A stretch of 64,000 bases of DNA from Antechinus flavipes (taxonomy: Eukaryota), in assembly GCF_016432865.1 (NCBI RefSeq), contig NC_067404.1, forward strand, positions 23,002,001 to 23,066,000, read 5' to 3'. The notes below the pieces were generated by a model. It saw only the letters and a list, made by a program, of their open reading frames with translations. It ran no database searches and had not been told where the DNA came from. Shown piece by piece: positions 37,501 to 49,330 of this stretch (the first letter of the stretch is position 1; every line of letters begins with the position of its first letter). The position numbers and the translations under genes were made by a program.

Positions 37501-40500
37501 AAGTTACATTTTTAAAACAAAGAAATGTTTGATAATTTCTGCTTTGATGGAGGGTAGATTTATGGTTCACATTTCTTCCTGCTCCAAACCCTATGACTTC
37601 ACCAGATACACGATCACTGTAGGTTTGTGGCAAGTTAGGGCTGGTGTTCCATATGATAGATCTAATGGAGAGCATGGTTCCCAGCAGGCCATTGCTCTAT
37701 GGACAGATTTTCAGTCCCTAGGAAATAAATGCCTGGACTATGGCCTGTCGCTGATTTCTTGATGGGTTTCCAAGTGTTACACAGCACACCATCTCAAATT
37801 CCCCTTCAGGCTGAATGCAAAAGAGATATACATAAGATTCTCTGAAAGACTCTTAGTGTCCAGTGTCTTTCTCAGGCCCCAGTGGCTCACTGGAAGTAAG
37901 CTGTGAGAATAGACAAATAGACAAGGAGCAAGGAGGCTTTGACAATTTCTTGAACATCATGATTTTTTATTAAAAGAATTCATTTTTGAAGTTGATGTTC
38001 GAGCATGCTAAACCAAGGAAGAGCTGTCACATAGTGGTTTTGGAGAAGTCCAGCTTGCCTTCTTTCCTTAGAGAAGTGGAGGATTATGGAGGAAGAATGT
38101 TGTCTATATTATATAAAAACTCATAAGCGCATATCTTGTATTATCCAAATCACATGATTAATAGTTAGGAGGGACCTGAAGCGTTATGTAGTCTACCTTT
38201 CTCATTTTATAGATGGAGGAGATTGAGGTGGAAGCCTAAAAAGGTGACCTACCTAAAGTTAGGTTTCGGGATCTAAACCCAGGTTGTCTTTCCCTATTCT
38301 TCATCGATTCCATTGACCAGTTTTATTCTTTCTTTCTTTTTCTTTCTTACAAGAGACTGTCCAATTCTGGGATAGATAGGTGGGTTAGGAAAATCATATC
38401 CAGGAGTGACTGGCATAGAAATAAAAGGGAACATTGAAATTTACTTCAAAAAATGAAGGCTTGGGGTGTGATTTTTCATTTTTGATATGGGAAGGAATTA
38501 TTTCAGCTGCTTGTTTGCAATCTCCTAATCTTGGGTCATCAAGTCAATTTGGAATTAAGGGGCTATAATTCAGGTTCTCCAAAGCGTGTTCAAGCCCTGA
38601 CGAGGGATTTCTGAAACTTCCATTCTAATCAGCTCATAGGATCGTGGCATTGTAGGATGCAGAACTAGAAGAGGCCATTAGAGATCTAATCCAACTTTAT
38701 TATTTTACAGAGGAGGAAGCAGATTCAGGGAGAAAAAGTAACTCCATTAAGATCACACTGAGAGTAGATGAGAGACCTAAGAATTAAGCCCAGGTTTTAG
38801 ACTCTAAATGTCTTACTTTTCCCATTAGGGAATTATAATTCTTCATTCCAATAAAAATGTAAGTCACCCTTCCTTCTAGAAGCAGAAAGCAAGGAAGGAT
38901 CATAAGCTCCTTTTTCTCAAGGGTAACTTCTGGTGCATTGCTGGTGACAGTAGGGACAGGGATCTCTGACACACTAGTCTCCCTTAATCCAATGGCTCAT
39001 TTGTGTTTGCTGTAAGGTTTTCGTTGTAGGCCCTTTTTCCTCTCTGAATAGCTCTGTGTTTCTGGTGGCTGGCCATTCTGCTAGGGTCTCTCACCTTCCC
39101 TAGTAACCTGTGAATCAACTTTTGCCTTGGGGTGAACAGAGCTCCTAACAAAGCAGAGTACCTCTCCATGGTCTGTGCTTGAAGAAAATCCAATATCCAG
39201 ACATCCTGATTTATAAGATAAATTAATTAAGGGCTGTTTATTTCTACTGAGAAAGGTTTCTTGTCTTGCAAATGGCAATCCCTCTAGTCATTTAAATATT
39301 TGTGGAGAAATTGGATATGGGTATGGGGAAGGGAAAGAAGTTTTAGGCTCAACGTGGAAGGAGTCACTGTCAATTGAAGATCAGTCTGAAGTGAAGATAA
39401 AGCATTTCTGAAAGTATAATGTTAGTCAATAGGAAAATGGGATTTGAACTGCAGAATTCAATTTACACAGGACTTCTCAGGAATATATCGATTGTCTAGC
39501 CAGAGGCAGGTCTAGAGTTTTATTTTGTTTCCGTTGTAATATCACCTTTGTTCAGGACATTTAGTTAACTCTCTACCTAGGGAACTAGAGATTGCTTGAG
39601 TTAGAAGGAACTTCAGAGATCAGCCCCCTCATTTTGCAGAGGGGAAAACTGAGGCTCTTGGAGGGAAAGGGACTTATCGAAGGAGTCCATTGGCGTTACT
39701 GATGGAAGTGGGAATGAGGCCACATTCAGAGGCCTAGTAATATCACATTATGGAAAGAACATTGATAAGCTGGAGCCTGTCCCAATGAAGGTGACCAGGG
39801 AATATCCTGTTCTTCCTGTTCCATTTCGGGAGACCTGGGGTTCTCCTGAGCATCTTCCTTGGTGCCTGCTGTGGCTTCCCGACTTGAGGAGCCAAGAAAG
39901 GCCTCGGCCAAAAAGTTCTCGGTCACAGAAGGGCCAGAGATATCGAGTTGCTTCTGCAGAGCCAAGGATCAATTACTGGAGACATGAAAGGCTGAGCCAA
40001 GGGGCCAGAGGCAGGAGGCAAGGAAGCAATGGGTCAGCCAAGAAGAACAAAACTGGGAAAGCACATGAAGAGATACACTTAAGGATGTCTCACGGAAGAG
40101 AACAAAAATGGGACTACAGGGCAAGTTAGAATTCCACAAAGAGTTTTAGCTCATGTTCTTTTGGCATGGGGAGGTTTTTATACTTCCATTCCCAGCCCAC
40201 CCTCTAACTTTCCTAAATTAACTGCAGTAGGACAGTTCCTTACCCCTCCTGGGAGACTTGCGTGTGGGGTAAGGGAATGGCTGTCTGTGAGAAGCAGTGG
40301 ATGGGATGACGGTGGGCCTGGAGAGATCAGTTGGAGGCAGTCGGGGTGTTTGGAGAGGAATTAGGGGGACAGCTTAGCTGTATTCAGGCATCTTCAATAT
40401 TGTTTTATGGGAAAGAGTCAGCTTTGTTCTGTCCTGTGCAAGGGAGCAGAACTAGCAATAATGTGAGGTATCGAGGAGAGCCAGAGGAGGCTTTGAGAGT

Positions 40501-40679
40501 TTCTTGAACATCATGATTTTATGTCAAAGGAATACTTTTCTAGTCAATGGGTTTCATGGCCATGGTGATTCAAGGAAGAACTCTCATGTTTGTTTTGAGG
40601 TTGTCAAGACAGAAGGATCTGGCTTGTCTTCTCTCATCAGAGAAGTGGAGGACAGAATATTCCATGTATTCTACATAGA

Positions 40680-40910
40680 TATGTGGCACTGGATAGAACA
40701 CTGGGCCTGGAGTCAGGAAGACCTGAGTTCAAATGCAGTCTTAGACACTCACTAGAAGTGTGATCCTGGGTAAGTCACTTTACTCTGCCTCAGTTTCATC
40801 ATCTGTAAAATAAGCTGTAGAAGGAAATGGCAAATCACTTCATGAAGAATGGGGTCACAAAGAATTGGCCATGAGTGAAACAACTGAACAATAACAACAA
40901 ATATAATGAT
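40680..40910 (+). mobile_element. CORE-SINE (MAR1-type)
   Basis: ggatagaacactgggcctggagtcaggaagacctgagttcaaat head, CORE and tail. Confidence 0.8.
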
Positions 40911-42258
40911 TTCCCTGTCACCAGAGGGTGTCAGTTGAGAGCGATAGAACTAGAATCAGGGACAGTGGTTAAAATTCTGTCTCGAACTCTTCCTGTGCAA
41001 CCATGAGCTGCTTCTTTTGCTTCTTTGCATCTCAGTCTCCTTACTTGTAATGAGGCTGAGGATATTGTATACCTATCAATTTTTATGAGGACCTAATGCA
41101 ATAATAGACATAAAACATTTGACGTAACTTAAAAAGGAAGTATTCATATGTCTCCCCCTTATTGTTTAAATGTCTTTCCCTATCCCTCCTCTCCTAATGT
41201 AAGGTTTCTGAGAGCAGGGACTATTTCATCTTTGTTTCTGGACTTTGTTTCTAGGCTCTGTGCCTAGCACACTGTCCTAAATTAAATGCCCATTCGATGA
41301 ATGAGTCCAGATGAGCTATCATTTTGGGCCACTACTTAGATACGGTTGTTATTAGCTAGGACTCCTGTTTTGGATGGGGTTGGGCTAAGATGGCCTTTAA
41401 AGTCTTTCCCAGCTCTGAGACTCTGTCATCCCTGGTCATCAGGGCACCTGATACAGGATCTGGTACGTGGTCTAGAGCTAACTACATGTCTATTGATTGA
41501 ATGAATGAAATTCATCTTGAATAATGTCACCCTGGCAAGGGTCAGACATCTAGTCCCTAGTCTTTGGGAAGACAATAAAGACTATGGCATTGGAGTCTTC
41601 GAGTGTGCTGGAAAGGGCCCTGGATTTGGAACGAGAGGACATCTATTCACATGTGTCCTGGCCTGTTGTGGCCTTGGGTAGATGATCTCTCTTACCAAGG
41701 AGTGCGGTTAGATCAGTGTCCCTCACTTTACCTTCACTGCATTGCCTTATGTCTGAACCAAATTCAAATGTCAAGGGGAAATATTTCACAAGATAAATGG
41801 TAAATGTGCTTTTCAAGAGTCAAGATACCAACTGCAGGAATCCTTACGTCCAGATTAGCGACTCCAATTCTATTTGAGTTTGATACCATCAGCAGACTAG
41901 ATAATCTCTAAATCTGTGATTTTCTGTACCAGCGGCCAAGAGACTGGAGTGGTCCGGAGGCCTGCTTTGTGGGAGGCAGCATATTCCCAAGCTGCCTCGG
42001 GCCCTCCAACTGCTCAGTAGAGGGGCCACAGTGCAGCTCCACATGAGTAACCTTGAAGTCTTTATATTTTGAGGCAGTTGGCTGGAAGGAATAGAGATTT
42101 CTAGGCTCTGTGCCCTAGGCTTTCATCTGGACAGAAATGAGAAACAGTCTGTACAGCCTTTCCCCTACCAGCCACTTGCCAAACCATAACCTGGAAGAGA
42201 AAGTTCTAGGGAGGGGTAGAAAGAGTAGTATATAGTATGATTAGGAAATACCTTTGAT

Positions 42259-42373
42259 GGGGTGGCTAGGTGGGACAGTGGATAGAGCCTTAACCCTGAA
42301 GTCAGGAGGACTTGAGTTCAAATGTGGCCTCAGATACTTAAAACTTTCTAGCTGTGTTACTCTGGGCAAGTCA
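42259..42373 (+). mobile_element. Young tRNA-derived CORE-SINE, running into a gap
   Basis: ggggtggctaggtgggacagtggatagag (A box) and gagttcaaatg (B box). Confidence 0.8.
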
Positions 42374-42548
42374 NNNNNNNNNNNNNNNNNNNNNNNNNNN
42401 NNNNNNNNNNNNNNNNNNNNNNNNNNNNNNNNNNNNNNNNNNNNNNNNNNNNNNNNNNNNNNNNNNNNNNNNNNNNNNNNNNNNNNNNNNNNNNNNNNNN
42501 NNNNNNNNNNNNNNNNNNNNNNNNNNNNNNNNNNNNNNNNNNNNNNNN
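42374..42548. other. Assembly gap
   Basis: N run. Confidence 1.
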
Positions 42549-43765
42549 GAGAGATAGGGAGGAAGGCATGGGGCTGTTGAGTTCTCTAAGCTTTTTTAGC
42601 CATATTGTCTAGAAAGGAACTCCGTGGTAGTAAAAGTTTAGCATGATTTCTGTTGAACTTTGGATGTCTATCAAGATTATTCATCCAACAAGTGTTTCTT
42701 AAGTGCTTCCAATGTGCTAAGCCCTGTGCTAGGTATTGAAGATTCAGAGATGAAAGCGAAATCCCCCCCTGCCTTCAGGAGATTACATTCTATTGGAGGG
42801 AACCAGTTCACAAGTTCACAGCTGGGTAACTCCAGGGCTAACGCCCAGTGGGGCACAAACAGTGAAGTCGGGGAGCCTTATCAGAGCTAATCCCAAGCGC
42901 TTTTTCCCTGCCTCAAGAGACAGCTTGCTCTTCATTGCTCTTTGGAAGGTGTTGGAAATACACCCAAATTCATAAGATCGTAACATCTAGACTTTGAAAG
43001 GATCTTTGAGGCTTTCTAGACCAACCTATTTTACAGAGAAAGCTCCAGAAGGGGAGGAAATGCTATGTCCAAGGTTGCACAGGGAATAAATGACAGAGCT
43101 GAGATGTGAACTCAGGTCCTCAAATTCCAAATCCAGGGCTTGCTGTATGTTTTAATAGTCTTCCACTGTCGTTTTCTTTTTTGATGAGGAGAAGAAAAAA
43201 AACAACCCTGCTGTTTACTTTTCCTTAAGTTGCTTTTGCTTCTTGAATGACTTCCATAAGAGCTTCCTGTGCACTTGGCAATGTGTTTGAAAGTAGGGAG
43301 TTACACTTCCCAGCTCTGAGATGGGCTCTCACAGAAGCGCTCTTTGCTGGCTCTAGTCTGTCCTCAGCTTGGTGAGGGCTCTGCCCTTAGGCTGGTACAG
43401 ATGGAAACTTCTAGCACAGATGCTTTATCTTTGGGAATCTGTGTCTCGTTAATGCACTGGGATCATCAACATGTGGAAATGTGAAGCTGAGTGCATTCCG
43501 AAGTAATCATGGAACAAACCTTCCTCCTCACCATTTTTCTTTGTTCAGCTTTCAGTCAGTATCCCCTGTGTCTGCAAGGGGTCCTAGGAATGGCATTTTG
43601 GGGAAGCATCACATCAGTAGAGCATAGTATTACTAACACCCCTTTGAAAAAATAGTTTTGTTTTTTTTAACATCGTCTCTATTTCCCCTTCTATCTCTGT
43701 CTTCACATAGAGCAATCCCTTATAATATAAAATAAAAAAAGAGAAGGAATAATCAAGAAAATTAA

Positions 43766-44148
43766 CACATCAGTCCCAATAGAGCAGTAATGAATTGAAC
43801 CAGCTACACCCAGGGAAAGAACTCTGGGAGATGACTATGAACTACTACAGAGAATTCCCAATCCCTCTTATTTTTGTCCACCTGAATTTTTGATTTCCTT
43901 CGCAGGCTAATTGTACGCTATTTCAGAGTCCGACTTTTTTTGTACAGCAAAAGAACTGTTTGGACACGTATACTTTTATTGTATTTAACATATACTTTAA
44001 CCTGTTTAACATGTACTGGTCAACCTGTCATCTGGGGGAGAGGGGGAGAAGAAGGAGGGAAAAATTGGAACAAAAGATTTGGCAATTGTCAATGCTGAAA
44101 AATTACCCATGCATATGTCTTGTAAATAAAAGGCTATAATAAAAAAAA
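43766..44148 (+). mobile_element. L1 3'UTR fragment with poly(A) and 11-bp TSD
   Basis: TSD aagaaaattaa at 43755-43765 and 44149-44159; G-rich tract and A tail. Confidence 0.8.
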
Positions 44149-44359
44149 AAGAAAATTAATTGACACACTAAAAAGTGTGATGCTTTCTGTAGTCATCTAC
44201 AATGCAGTGCCTCCTCTACCACAGAACTAGGGAAGGTGTATTCTACTCTCACTTCTTTGGAACCAGGCTCAGTCACTATAATTTCCATAGCCTTCATTTT
44301 CCATTGTTTAGTAGTCATTCATTCTTTTGCCTCATCCTGCCACTGTATGGTCATCAAGG

Positions 44360-44585
44360 TGGTGTGGCAAAGGATAGTGCTTGGCTTGGAATTAGGAAGA
44401 CTCCAGTATGGCCTCAGACACTGACTAGCTGGGTGACTCTGGGCAAGTCACATCACCCTGTTTGCCTGAGTTTCTTCACCTGTAAAATGAGCTGGAGAAG
44501 GAAATGGCAGAGCACTCCAGTATCTCAGCCAAGAAAACCGCAAATGGGTTGGATTCAACTGAGTATAACTGAACAACAGGCATAG
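44360..44585 (+). mobile_element. CORE-SINE (MAR1-type)
   Basis: ctcagacactgactagctgggtgactctgggcaagtca...ctggagaaggaaatggca. Confidence 0.8.
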
Positions 44586-45849
44586 GTGTGGATTTTTTTC
44601 TCCTTGGTTCTACTTCTCTTTGCATCAGTTTATCTTAAGTCGCCATTTCATAAATAAAAGAGGCTTCAGGACAGAACCTTGAGGGACTTGGGGTTAGAGA
44701 GTGTGATCTACACGAGGATCCAGCAAAGGAGACAGAAGGAACAACCAGAGAGGTAGGAGAGAACCATAAGAGAATGGGTTTCTGATAACCTAGGAAAAAG
44801 GAGAGTGGGCAATAGTGTCAAAAGACTGCAGAGAGGTCATGGAGAATGAGGATTACCTCCCTGAATTTCTTGAAGTTCAAACTAAAATCCCATTTTCTAA
44901 AGGAAATTTTTAATTTTTTAAAATTTCTTTTTAATTTTTTTATTCTAGCACCTTTTTTTTTTCTAGTACCCTTTTTAATTCTAGTACCTTGTTGTTGTTA
45001 ATTTTGGTTTGTTTTATAAGTAGCTTGTTCTGTACATATTTGTTTGCCTGTAGTCTCCCTCATTAGGTCGTCTATTCCTTAAGGGCAGGGGGACTGTCTT
45101 TGGGTTCTTTTTGTAAATAGTATTTTATTTTTTCCAATTACATGTAAAGATAGTTTCCAACATTGATTTTTTTAAATTTTGAATTGTATTTTGTTTTTCT
45201 TTAATTATTTGCAAAGACAATTTTAACTTTCTTTTTATTTTGTTATATATTTTCAAAACATATGCAAGGCTAATCAACATTCATTTTTTATAGGATTTGG
45301 AGTTAGTTCTCCATCGCTTCTTTTCCTCTCCTCTCCCTGTGATGGCAAGCAATCCGATATAGGTTATACATGTGCAATTGTGGAAATATATTTCCACATT
45401 AGTCATGTTGTGAAAGAAGAAACAGAACAAAAGGGCAATACTATGAGAGAGAACAAAAAATAATTAAATAGTATGCTTCGATCTGTATTTGGACTCCATA
45501 GTTCTTCTTTTGAATGCAGATAGCATTTTCCATCGAGTCTTTTGGAAATGTTTTGGATCATTGTATCGTTGAGAAAAGTTAAGTCAATCATGGTAGGTCA
45601 TCCTTTTGTCTTTTTTTTGTATTCCCAGTGCTTAGCACAATGCCTAGCACATAATAGACACTTAACAATATTGATTGATTGATTAAACTTTTACTTGTAG
45701 TTGTCAGAACATCCCCTTGGTGAGGCTGCACAGATCTGGGCTTGAAATTGGAAAGGAAACCGTGAATCACAATCTCTGTGCTGCCTAATGGTGTGATTAT
45801 GGACAAATCATCTTCTCTCAGCCTCCATTTCCTCATCAATTAAATAGGG

Positions 45850-46079
45850 ATGTGTCTGTTCAGTCATTTCTCGCCGTGTCTGGCTCTCTGTGATCCCATT
45901 TGGAGAGATCTTCTTGGCAAAGATATTGGAGTGGTTTGTCATTTGCTGCTCCAGGTCATTTTTACAGATGAGGAAACTGAGGCAAGTGGGGTCAAATGAC
46001 TTATGCCCATGGTCACATAGTATCTGAAACTGGATTTGAACTCAGGCAGAATCCAAGCCTGGTGCTCTATCCACTGTAT
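45850..46079 (-). mobile_element. CORE-SINE (MAR1-type)
   Basis: Antisense tail, CORE and head up to the gap. Confidence 0.8.
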
Positions 46080-46304
46080 NNNNNNNNNNNNNNNNNNNNN
46101 NNNNNNNNNNNNNNNNNNNNNNNNNNNNNNNNNNNNNNNNNNNNNNNNNNNNNNNNNNNNNNNNNNNNNNNNNNNNNNNNNNNNNNNNNNNNNNNNNNNN
46201 NNNNNNNNNNNNNNNNNNNNNNNNNNNNNNNNNNNNNNNNNNNNNNNNNNNNNNNNNNNNNNNNNNNNNNNNNNNNNNNNNNNNNNNNNNNNNNNNNNNN
46301 NNNN
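46080..46304. other. Assembly gap
   Basis: N run. Confidence 1.
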
Positions 46305-46873
46305 AGTTTGTTCTTCTCAGAGCGCAGCCGGTTTAGAGGCTTGGAGCCCTTCGGATGTCTCCAAATCCAAAGGTTCTGTCCTTCAGCCTCTGCCTCTGCT
46401 TTCTTCTGCCTCCAACCAAGACAGAGATGGAAGGTCTCTCTTATCTCCCTCTGGGGAGCCCAGCCACCAACTTGCCGCGGAGAGAGGGCTTCTGGCGTAG
46501 CTCCCCTGGAATCCATCAAAAGTGTTCTCTGCACCAGAGTCGTTCCTCTCGAGTCCAGTGCGATCAGCCAGCCAAGAGGAAAAAGTGTATTCTGGAATGG
46601 CTGTCTCGCCTTATATGTGAACCTTCTGAAAGAATGGGATTATGGGTTTTCTCCCATAGTGCTCTCTGGCCAAAGAGCTTTAAGGTGTGGACTCTCTTGA
46701 AGTTAGAAAGTGTACTTTGTGAAGCTAGCATACTTGTGGACTCCAATGAGTAAAGGTGGGAACACAAGCCTTGTCTTGATTAGTTCTACTTAGTACCTTG
46801 TTTCAGGTTCTGGCCAAAACAACTTCTTGTAAGATTAGATCAACTCTAATTACTTAGCAGTTAGTAAGGATTC

Positions 46874-46877
<4 letters not shown>

Positions 46878-46920
<43 letters not shown>
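46878..46920. repeat. (TA)n microsatellite
   Basis: About 21 uninterrupted TA units. Confidence 0.95.
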
Positions 46921-46923
<3 letters not shown>

Positions 46924-49204
46924 GACAGCTATAGTTACTGAGTTGCAAGTGAGACTGGGCAGGTAAAGTAACTTTGTAAAAGTACTGATAAAAACATGAT
47001 ATGAATGAATTCCAGGTGTAGTTGTTATTTTGCCTCCCTTTTTACTACACACTTTCAAACAGTGCCAGCAGTGAAACCAGTGTCTCTGCTGGCAATTCAG
47101 CCAGTTGAGTCAAAGCACAAAGTGAAAGACAAATGACCATTCTCTTCATAGTAGCTCACGTTTGCTGGAAAGAGCCCAGGAGATCGGTGGCTAGAGTATT
47201 AGGCTTGAATTCATGAAGACCTGAATTAGTCCCTTCCCCTGATATTAACTGCGTTACCGTGGTCAAGTGATTTCACCTCGGAATATGCTTCCTTCTTTCT
47301 GAAATGAAGATAAGAATAATTCTTGCGGTGTCTAGCTCCCGTGGTCCAGGTGCTGCTCCAAGGGGATGATGGAAGCAAAGTATGCTAAAAACCTTCTCAG
47401 CTAATAGCTTTCTATTCCAGTCTCTTCTAGTCTCCATTCTGACTCTAACTGCTGGATGATTTAAGGGGTACATTTGACCCTCTCTGGTCCTTCCTTTGCT
47501 ATTCTGCATAATGAAGAGGCTAGACTAGCCAATCCACCCCTGAGGTCAATCCTTTCTAACTCTAACAACATCATTCTATTCAGTGACAGGTGACCCAATG
47601 CCCCCTCAGTTTCTCTGCTTCCTATTTTTTTTTAAATAAAGATGACAATACTACCTAAACTAACTTCCTATCTTTTTTGGGCCTGTTGGGAAAAACTAGA
47701 GAAATTTACTCTGAGAACTGACTTTCCCCAGCTCCAGAGCACATCCATTTCCCAAATCAAGTGTTGGTAGCTGCCAAAAACCTGTAGTGGCGAAAGAGTC
47801 CCCTCCTGGTTGAAGCCCTGAGCAACTGGAACCTGCACGTGAACAGACAAAGGACTTAGTCTGTATTTTCTCTTTTGTGGCCTTCAGATTTATATGTCTG
47901 TTTGTTTTTTTTTTCCTGAGAAGGGGAAGCAACGTGGTATAGTTAGTGGAGAAAGCACGGAACTCTTGAGTCAGGAGATCTCAGTTCAGTTCCCAGCTCT
48001 GAGACTTACCCCCAAGTGTCCCTAGTCTAGGTCTTGAACCTTTTGGTCTTCCATTTCCTCTTCAGAACAGAGATCCAAACCCACTTCACTTGGTGGTTTG
48101 TGCTTTCCTTACTCTTGTTTGTGGATTCTGACTGTCTTGGGCTATAAAATTGGTGAGGACACAGATCTAGCTCTCAGAGGAATCTAGGTGAGGTCCAAGC
48201 CAAGGCTGTGAGTTATTTGGGGAGAAGAGATCACTTCTATCTGGGAGAAAGAAATGTCAGGGAAGGCATGGGTGGGGTAGGAAGTCAGGTGGAATTCCGG
48301 AAGCTATGAATTTTCTGACCATGGAAACCGAGCCCAAGGGGGAATGGTGTACCAGTGCATCGGGATGAGGCAGACATGATGAGAACGGAGGCCAGAGAGG
48401 TCCTTCCCCTGAGACGAAGAGGAGAGTAGCAGGGGGTGGCCAAACCTGAGAACCTGGAGATTGGAACCAAATTGTGGTGATCTTTAATCCTTCAAATATC
48501 CAGATTTAGCCGTGCTGCTCATTGGGCAACGGGGAGTCAAAGAAGTTTTTGGAGTACATGCGCGATGTGATCTGGATGTTGCATTAGGAAGAGTAGAGCA
48601 ACTGGGAAAGGAGGATTGCAAAAAGGATGAACTAGGGGCCAGGAGAGCAGCTAGTTAAGGGCTTGAGGGTGATGGTTACTGGCAAGAAGGGAACAAGCAG
48701 TCGTTCAATACTTCTCTTTGCTCTGTCACCTCACCTGTGTCCTGTCCAATTCGTGACCCCACTTGGGATTTTCTTGGCAAAGATACTGGAGAGTTTTTGC
48801 CATTTCCTAATTCGCCTCATTTTACACTTGAAGAAATGGAGGCAGACAGGATTAAGTGACTTGTTCAGGGTCACACAGTTAATGAGCAGCTGAACTTGAA
48901 TTTCAACTTTGGCCTTCCTTACTCCAGACCAGCTGCTCAACTTCTTAGTCCTTGATGTTCTCCCCAGTGAAGTGACTTTGTGAAAATTTTGTATATACAG
49001 GACGTACCAAAAAGTGTAATTTAACACTGTTCTAGGACTTTGGGGATTTGTTCTATTTTGATTATACTTAGGGGCGAAGACATTTTACTTCACCTAAGAC
49101 AGAGATGACTTTATGTTTGCATTTAGCTCCGCAGCCAAGGAGCTCCCGCTTTTCATAATCTCTTCTAAAACGTCAGAATAAGCATGAATTGTCTGTCCAT
49201 ACTG

Positions 49205-49330
49205 AGAAAGGAGGGAAGGAGAGAAAAAAGAGAGAGAGCAGAAAAGAGAGAGGGGGAAGGGAGGGAGAGAAGGAAGGAGGAAAAAGATCGGGGAAAGACA
49301 AATAGAAGAGAAAAGGAGAGCCAGACAGAT
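49205..49330 (+). repeat. GA-rich low-complexity tract
   Basis: Almost pure A/G sequence. Confidence 0.85.

Noticed and set aside
45996-46700. 234-aa ORF
   Set aside because: Length inflated by the N gap and the start lies in a SINE.
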